Assembly: GCA_050012475.1 (NCBI GenBank)
Contig: JBEKHC010000027.1
Span: 1 to 53,109, forward strand
Source: Candidatus Velthaea sp.
Lineage (GTDB): Bacteria; Vulcanimicrobiota; Vulcanimicrobiia; Vulcanimicrobiales; Vulcanimicrobiaceae
Direction of reading: 5' to 3'
Length of the DNA stretch: 53,109 nt
The translations under genes were made by a program, and so were the position numbers. How positions within the stretch are numbered: position 1 is the first letter of the stretch; each line of letters starts with the position of its first letter. Below the pieces are notes generated by a model that searched no databases, had not been told where the DNA came from, and saw only the letters and a list, made by a program, of their open reading frames with translations. Below are positions 48,901 to 53,109 of the stretch, piece by piece.

Positions 48901-49203
48901 TTGGAGTGCTCGCTCCCAGGCCCGCGGGAACGACGCTTGCGCCCCGGGGGCGAGCGTCGCACTTGCTTGGGCAAGCCCGTGAACGAAACGCCCGAAGGTT
49001 GCGCGCTCGTTGCCGGCGCGAAAGAAGATCGCTTGGGGATCCGCGCGGAACGGTCGCAAGAGGTCGCTCTTGCCCGATCCGGGCGGTCCGACGAGCACCA
49101 CGATCGGCGCCGCGACGGGCCCTGTCAACCGGCATTCGAGCCGCGGCCGGCCGATCCGATCGACGGGACATGCGTGCGTGGGCGTCTGTGGTTCGAGCAG
49201 CAT
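45898..49203 (-). CDS. MalT/LAL-type STAND NTPase-helical repeat protein fused to a C-terminal HD-GYP phosphodiesterase, copy 2
   Basis: GPPGSGKS, IVIDDLH and FHDRFRTYL; HDIGK, HHERLDGRGYPDGL, RPYR and GTQFDP; start set by alignment with the N-terminus of copy 1. Confidence 0.88.
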   Translation of the reverse strand: MLLEPQTPTHACPVDRIGRPRLECRLTGPVAAPIVVLVGPPGSGKSDLLRPFRADPQAIFFRAGNERATFGRFVHGLAQASATLAPGAQASFPRAWERALQSPAPAIVLAHWFCEHLQGLDQRIVIDDLHAAGDDPSIAAFIGKLAELRPNAALTIAARSVGALPIALWMATRRMERPIDESELCFDRSEAFAIAAHHGLKLYDHEVDALLTATGGSAIALAYALTRLRRDPFAFSRRSAPRNFEAIADCVFARRTERERAFLRSAALFPTIEDELLGLSGWDDAPALRSAMSSDAPFMWETRSAGGIAFHDRFRTYLDRHFLDCTREFRSRIAHQTVDSLAAAGRHAEALEVATKQGLIEAARDLLDERGFEILESGEIDVIGEALGACDGPEEALGPSASALRGYLEARRGHLDTAEAWFRLGLSKAHDESVRLGIAMYYARELAVRRREDAWEIMAPFVDSPTLARSELIDVQSSFAQALTAANRLDEACARTNEALALLEAGSPPALRARVFARAAYVALESGDAELARERAFIAAPLAISQSLYDVAASTYSVLYQIAYDIDDDAVASRDHLCRLRDLGIKSGTLRLESYVLLCLYELDAEAGDEEALNALDRQIAVIDKHDTALAVMETLVPGKALQAGWRGDFAAAGRLLRATVEHQATPARKALCWAQIGLYSAAGGDPEQSDAAVHKAEAELSHAASASVQFGLALLTLALTAWVNGDVHRASEWASRADRTTSSRAPRLHALHCAVNALIDASTDTQRFDRAIPSVLDGLRRHWFGGMAKLIEALPYRFAPGRSNETIGSVLARRELMNRFAAVVAGGDEAGSLGRWLDAAPDSIFCGAPLPEQFERWAGAHPGLARERRAQVGHVRRELGAYRRRPRSPARVDDDIDAALADLVDGLDVAAPLMAEHSRAVSAWCARVARALGLDEEHILFAARCGLIHDIGKIRTPPEILNAPRALTEQEWLIMRDHAAEGARIVAGISLLEPLIPIVRGHHERLDGRGYPDGLRSSAIPLTTRIVTVADCFNAMIGRRPYRLPLSPPDALSELERHRGTQFDPEVVEAMVRVVAGRLADPGAIKIPEPKPYISLTKCR

Positions 49204-49268
49204 CAACCGTTCGACGTGAGGACGTGCGATAGTCCGGTGCCCCGGAATGGGCCAGCCGGCTCTTTTCG

Positions 49269-49296
49269 TTATCGGCTGATGGGCAACCCAAGAATA
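49269..49296 (-). promoter_or_regulatory. Sigma28-like promoter of STAND-HD-GYP copy 2
   Basis: Minus strand TATT-N16-GCCGATAA, 65 nt upstream of the ATG. Confidence 0.55.
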
Positions 49297-49349
49297 CAAG
49301 CGTGAAAGCGGACGCCGGGGGCGGCTCCCGGTCGGCCGAAGGTCACGCG

Positions 49350-50012
49350 ATGCTCGATCCACGCGCAGCGCTCCTGGCGACCCGCACGTACGGCGTGCTC
49401 GTCGGCCGGGTCAAAGCCGGTCGCCTCGATCCCAGCGGCGCGTCGCCGCATTACGAAATCTGGATTGACGCCGGGCGCCCGTACCGCATCGCCGTCAATG
49501 TGCGTTCGGTCGACGGGTCCGAAGTGCTCGTCCACTACGACCCCGCGTACGGCTCGCCGACCAAACGTGACCTGCCTGTGCTGGCGGCGGGGGCGCCCGG
49601 CTTCATACCGCTGGAGACCGGCCCCGGCGGTGCCGGTCTCGACTATCTTCGTGACGGCCTGTTCGCGCTCGCCGACATGCATCCGATCCCGCCCGACGGC
49701 ACGGGCGTGACGCTGCAGAACCTGCTCGACGGCCAGATTCAACGCGCCGTTGCCGATCCGGCAGCCGTCGCGATCGCGTTCGGCGACGGATTTCAAGATC
49801 CAGGCAGCGATCCGACGTTCGGATTCTCGCCCGAAAACGGCGTGCATGACATCCATATGATGCAGGGCAACAGCGGAAGCTTTGCCGCCGACAACCGCAT
49901 CAACGGCGACGGCGCGCTGTTCGTGCGCTATGCCGGCGGCGCGACGCTGGCACTGTTCGTTCGTTTCGCCACGCAATCGACGGTGACGGGCGATGGCGGC
50001 GCGCCGGTTTGA
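49350..50012 (+). CDS. DUF2278/YukJ-family protein
   Basis: PHYEI, YRIAVNVRS, GLDYLR and GVHDIHMMQGN...DGALF motifs. Start uncertain (49302 or 49350). Confidence 0.8.
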   Translation: MLDPRAALLATRTYGVLVGRVKAGRLDPSGASPHYEIWIDAGRPYRIAVNVRSVDGSEVLVHYDPAYGSPTKRDLPVLAAGAPGFIPLETGPGGAGLDYLRDGLFALADMHPIPPDGTGVTLQNLLDGQIQRAVADPAAVAIAFGDGFQDPGSDPTFGFSPENGVHDIHMMQGNSGSFAADNRINGDGALFVRYAGGATLALFVRFATQSTVTGDGGAPV

Positions 50013-50013
50013 G

Positions 50014-51486
50014 CTATGCCGTTGCGCGCCGATCGGCGCTCGCAGGGCGGGCGAAGCAGTACGTGTTCTTCCCGAGCGCCTTGGCCGCGTACATCGCTGC
50101 ATCGGCAGCTTGCATCAACGCGAGTGCCTGATGCCCGTGCGCGGGATACATGGCAATGCCGATCGAGACGCCGACCCGGACGAGATGCCCTTGCACTTGC
50201 AAGGGCACGTTGATGGCGCTGATCATGCTTGCGGCGATGCGCTCTACGGGCTCCTCACCGCGAATGTTGAGGATCAAGGCCACGAACTCATCGCCGCCGA
50301 TCCGCGCCACCATGTCGGTGCGCCGGGTGAGCCGCTGAAGCGTCCGCGCCACGTTTTCGAGTAACGTGTCGCCCACGCCATGACCATAGCGGTCGTTGAC
50401 GGCCTTGAACCCATCGAGGTCGAAGAACATGACCGCCAGGCACTCCGCGTCGCGCTCGGCGATGGCGATCTCGTCGTCGAGCCGATCGATGAACACGGAA
50501 CGGTTCGGCAGATTGGTCAGCTCATCGTGGTACGCAAGATGCCGGATTCGTTCGCTCTTGTGCCAGTGCTCGGTGATGTCGCTGAAGACCGAAACGAAGC
50601 GGACGGCTTGACCGGCGGCGTTGCGGATCATCGTGATCGTTTGGCGCTCCATGAACGTCTCGCCGTTCTTGCGCCGGTTCCAGATCTCGCCCTGCCAGCG
50701 GCCGTTGGTCGTCAACTCACGCCATAGCGCGCGGAAAAATTCCGGACCCTGACGATCGGATTTGAGAAAGCGCGGATTCTTGCCGACGGCGTCGGCAAGT
50801 GAATAGCCCGTGATCTCGGTAAAGGCCGGATTCACCGAGACGATCGTGCCCTCGGCATCGGTAACGAAGATACCGTCGGCCGCGTGATTGAAGACGGCGG
50901 CCCCGATTTCGAGTTGAGCCTCGGCATTCTTCACGACCGTGATATCGTTGACGAAGACGAAAAAACCTAAAACATGCCCCGCCGGGTCGATGTCCGGATT
51001 GTAGTTGACCAGCAGATGGCGGATGCTGCCGTCGCTCTTGGGCACGGTGCGCTCGTAGCAGAGCTTCTCGCCCGCGAGCGCCGCTCGGAGGTAGGGCTCG
51101 TTCTCGCGGAAGAAGCGCTCATCCACCAGTTCGCGGTAGTGCGTCCCCAGCACCGATTCCGGCGTTTTTCCGAACCAATCGAAAAAGGCGCGGTTGGCGT
51201 AGCGGCAAAGCAGCTCCGCGTCCCAATACGCGACCGTTCCGGGCAGAGCATCGATGATCGTTGCGAGAAACGTTTCTCGTTGTGCCCCGGCCCAGCGCCT
51301 TACCGGACCATTTTCGTTCAATTCGTTTGCCTCGAACCCGGGCAGCGTACGTGGCCCGTACCGATGTTTTCGTCCGAGGCGGCGCTTGACTTGAGCCTTC
51401 ACTCCCCGAAGGGGGAGCTCGAGCGAACGCGCGCTCGAATTGTACGCGCGCTCGAATTGTAAACGGTGGTCCCCGGCTGAATTCAT
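50014..51486 (-). CDS. PAS-PAS-GGDEF diguanylate cyclase
   Basis: Two PAS/PAC domains; HDELTNLPNR, FFDLDGFKAVNDRYGHGVGD, RRTD (RxxD I-site), ARIGGDEF and ADAAMYAAK motifs. The true start may be ~100-170 nt further into the ORF. Confidence 0.92.
   Translation of the reverse strand: MNSAGDHRLQFERAYNSSARSLELPLRGVKAQVKRRLGRKHRYGPRTLPGFEANELNENGPVRRWAGAQRETFLATIIDALPGTVAYWDAELLCRYANRAFFDWFGKTPESVLGTHYRELVDERFFRENEPYLRAALAGEKLCYERTVPKSDGSIRHLLVNYNPDIDPAGHVLGFFVFVNDITVVKNAEAQLEIGAAVFNHAADGIFVTDAEGTIVSVNPAFTEITGYSLADAVGKNPRFLKSDRQGPEFFRALWRELTTNGRWQGEIWNRRKNGETFMERQTITMIRNAAGQAVRFVSVFSDITEHWHKSERIRHLAYHDELTNLPNRSVFIDRLDDEIAIAERDAECLAVMFFDLDGFKAVNDRYGHGVGDTLLENVARTLQRLTRRTDMVARIGGDEFVALILNIRGEEPVERIAASMISAINVPLQVQGHLVRVGVSIGIAMYPAHGHQALALMQAADAAMYAAKALGKNTYCFARPASADRRATA
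51427..51460. repeat. Perfect 17-bp tandem direct repeat
   Basis: ACGCGCGCTCGAATTGT at 51427-51443 and 51444-51460. Confidence 0.85.
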
Positions 51487-51529
51487 TAGACCGGAACAGA
51501 TGCTTCTCCGACACAATCGTGGGTCGGCC

Positions 51530-51561
51530 GTGGTGTTGATAAGGGGGGTTATCAGCACCAC
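51530..51561. other. Putative tyrosine-recombinase crossover site (13-6-13)
   Basis: GTGGTGTTGATAA-GGGGGG-TTATCAGCACCAC: arms are 12/13 complementary, with a dif-like ATAA-N6-TTAT centre, 24 nt upstream of the recombinase ATG. Confidence 0.75.
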
Positions 51562-51585
51562 AGGCACCACTTTCGGCCGACTCGA

Positions 51586-52563
51586 ATGACCCCCAGCGTG
51601 ATCGACGTTCCGCCGTCAGCCTCCCCAACCGTCGCCCGGGCCGTCACCACCGCGCGCAAGCTCATCGCCGGCGCGACCTCCGAGAACACGCGGCGCAGCT
51701 ACGCGACGGGCTGGCGACAGTTGAGCGCCCACGCGCAGAGCCTCGGACTCGAGCCGCTGGGGGCGCACCCAGCCCTTGTCGCCACCTTTCTTGGGTCGCT
51801 TCGCGACGGCGGGGCCTCGGCTCAGACTCTCGGCTCCCGGGCCGCGGCGATCCGGTTCTTTCATCGCGCGGCGGGCCTGGCGTCGCCGACCGATCAGCGG
51901 GTGGTGCGCGACCTGCTCGAAGGCGCCAGACGCGAAGACGCCGGCCGCGACCACGGCCGGGCGACCATTACCGCGAAGCGGCTCGCCGCAAGCATCGAAC
52001 TCCAAGGCCCGCCGGCGACGCCGATCGCGATCCGCGACCGCGCGATTCTACTCCTCACGTTCGCCTCGGGCCGGCGGCGGGCTGAGATCGCGGCCCTTAA
52101 CATCGAGGACCTCGACTTCGGCCGGCCTGGCTTTCTGATCGTGACGATCCGCAAGAGCAAGACCGACCAGGGTGGGGCGGGACAGTTTGTGGCGGTGCCG
52201 CGGCTCGAACACGGGCCGTGCGCAGTGGCAGCGGTTGAAGCGTGGCTGGCGATTCGCGAGCAGAAGAAGGGACCGCTGTTCGTCGCGTTTTCACCGCACG
52301 GCGAGCTCCGCGAAACGCGGATCGAGGGGCGGCTCGTGGCCGAAGTCCTGAAGCGACTCTTCCGGGATGCCGGTGCCTCACGGAGCGACGTCGACGCGAT
52401 CGGCGCCCATAGTCTGCGCCGGGGGTTCGTGACGTCGGCCGACATGGCCGGCGCGACGACCGCGCAAATCATGGACGTGACGGGACATCGGGATCCGAAG
52501 TCGCTGCGCCGTTACACCCGCCGCGAGTTGCTGCACGATCCGGTGCTCCTAAAGCTCTTTTAA
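51586..52563 (+). CDS. Cre-like tyrosine recombinase/resolvase
   Basis: SENTRRSY core-binding domain; RDRAILLL...GRRRAEI, KSKTDQ, HSLRRG and TGH...LRRY give the complete R-K-H-R-H-Y catalytic set. Confidence 0.93.
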   Translation: MTPSVIDVPPSASPTVARAVTTARKLIAGATSENTRRSYATGWRQLSAHAQSLGLEPLGAHPALVATFLGSLRDGGASAQTLGSRAAAIRFFHRAAGLASPTDQRVVRDLLEGARREDAGRDHGRATITAKRLAASIELQGPPATPIAIRDRAILLLTFASGRRRAEIAALNIEDLDFGRPGFLIVTIRKSKTDQGGAGQFVAVPRLEHGPCAVAAVEAWLAIREQKKGPLFVAFSPHGELRETRIEGRLVAEVLKRLFRDAGASRSDVDAIGAHSLRRGFVTSADMAGATTAQIMDVTGHRDPKSLRRYTRRELLHDPVLLKLF

Positions 52564-52641
52564 GACTGAGGCCGGTTTACGAGCTCGGCCCGGAACTCCA
52601 ACCCCAAGGCTCGAAACCCGATTCGACCGGAAGGAGCGCCG

Positions 52642-52809
52642 ATGCTCGACCCCAAGCACAATCCGTTCTTCGAGCAGCTCAAGGCCGATATTCACGCCGG
52701 CATTGAGCAAGCCGATCGCGGCGAAACGATACCGCTTGAAGAGTCGCTTGCTCGCGCCCGCGCCGCCGTTCTGAAGATCGCCGACGAGCAAGACGCCCAG
52801 CAGTCTTGA
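52642..52809 (+). CDS. Short ParD-like antitoxin (55 aa)
   Basis: Not in the ORF track; AAGGAG RBS; MLDPKHNPFFEQLKADIHAGIEQADRGETIPLEESLARARAAVLKIADEQDAQQS; acidic; its stop overlaps the toxin start (TTGA). Confidence 0.75.
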   Translation: MLDPKHNPFFEQLKADIHAGIEQADRGETIPLEESLARARAAVLKIADEQDAQQS

Positions 52810-53099
52810 CCTCAGTTCGCGTCACCCCGAAGGCCGACGACGATATTCTGTCGATCGCCTCGTTCATCGCGCAAGACAGCGTCCCGCGGGCCCTCCAATT
52901 CATCGACAACATACGCGATGGCTGTGCGAAGCTCGCGATCTTTCCGAAACGCGGGCGGCCACGGCCTGAATACGGCGCACGAGTTCGCTCGTTCCCGGTT
53001 CCGCCGGTCGTGGTTTTCTACAGCGTCGCATCCGATGAATCGGAAGTGGTCGTGCTGCGCGTGATCGTCGGTGGCCGAGATCTAGAAACCATTTTCTGA
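52806..53099 (+). CDS. parE: RelE/ParE-family toxin
   Basis: VTPKADDDILSIASFIAQDS...A...F...LAIFPKRGRPRPE...VVFY...VVVLRVIVGGRD pattern. Confidence 0.88.
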   Translation: MTSVRVTPKADDDILSIASFIAQDSVPRALQFIDNIRDGCAKLAIFPKRGRPRPEYGARVRSFPVPPVVVFYSVASDESEVVVLRVIVGGRDLETIF

Positions 53100-53109
53100 T
53101 GAGCCCGCA

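Noticed and set aside
41183..49203. Avs/NLR-type antiphage defence system
   Set aside because: Avs proteins carry N-terminal effectors; here the architecture is MalT-like with a C-terminal signalling enzyme, sigma28-like promoters and no defence-island context. Not excluded, but less supported than signalling.
51549..51556. Sigma28 -10 (GCTGATAA, minus strand) for the diguanylate cyclase
   Set aside because: It is fully explained as one arm of the recombinase site, and there is no convincing -35 at the right spacing.
174..52912. Numerous long alternative-frame and antisense ORFs in the track (e.g. 11644-13275, 13209-14897, 22511-24142, 42959-44773)
   Set aside because: Arg/Ala/Pro-rich shadow ORFs expected in high-GC DNA, fully overlapping genes with clear family motifs.

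Overview
GC-rich bacterial chromosomal window. Its gene content (a Cu-amine-oxidase-N/stalk-domain barrel protein, orphan family-5 peptide-binding proteins, MalT-like proteins next to S53 lipoproteins) suggests a diderm Terrabacteria lineage such as Eremiobacterota; this is inference, not a database result. The first ~39.8 kb is mostly housekeeping and envelope genes: sod, folD, ggt, tldD/tldE, an RND adaptor plus TolC, ndh, an E1-alpha subunit and an ArsB-family transporter. Two convergent intergenic gaps carry arrays of a REP-like repeat with conserved flanks and variable hairpins. The most unusual region is 39.9-49.3 kb, a tandemly duplicated two-gene module. Each copy pairs a ~1100-aa MalT/LAL-type STAND NTPase-helical-sensor protein, whose usual LuxR HTH output is replaced by an intact HD-GYP phosphodiesterase, with a lipoprotein S53 (sedolisin-type) protease. 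Three of the four genes have a clear sigma28-like -10 (GCCGATA[AG]) upstream and the fourth has a degenerate one. A PAS-PAS-GGDEF cyclase lies next door. The window ends with a Cre-like tyrosine recombinase preceded by a 13-6-13 bp lox/dif-like site, and a ParD-like/ParE toxin-antitoxin pair, probably part of a mobile element. No rRNA, tRNA or CRISPR array was recognised. All family calls come from motif recognition by eye, and several start codons are uncertain.
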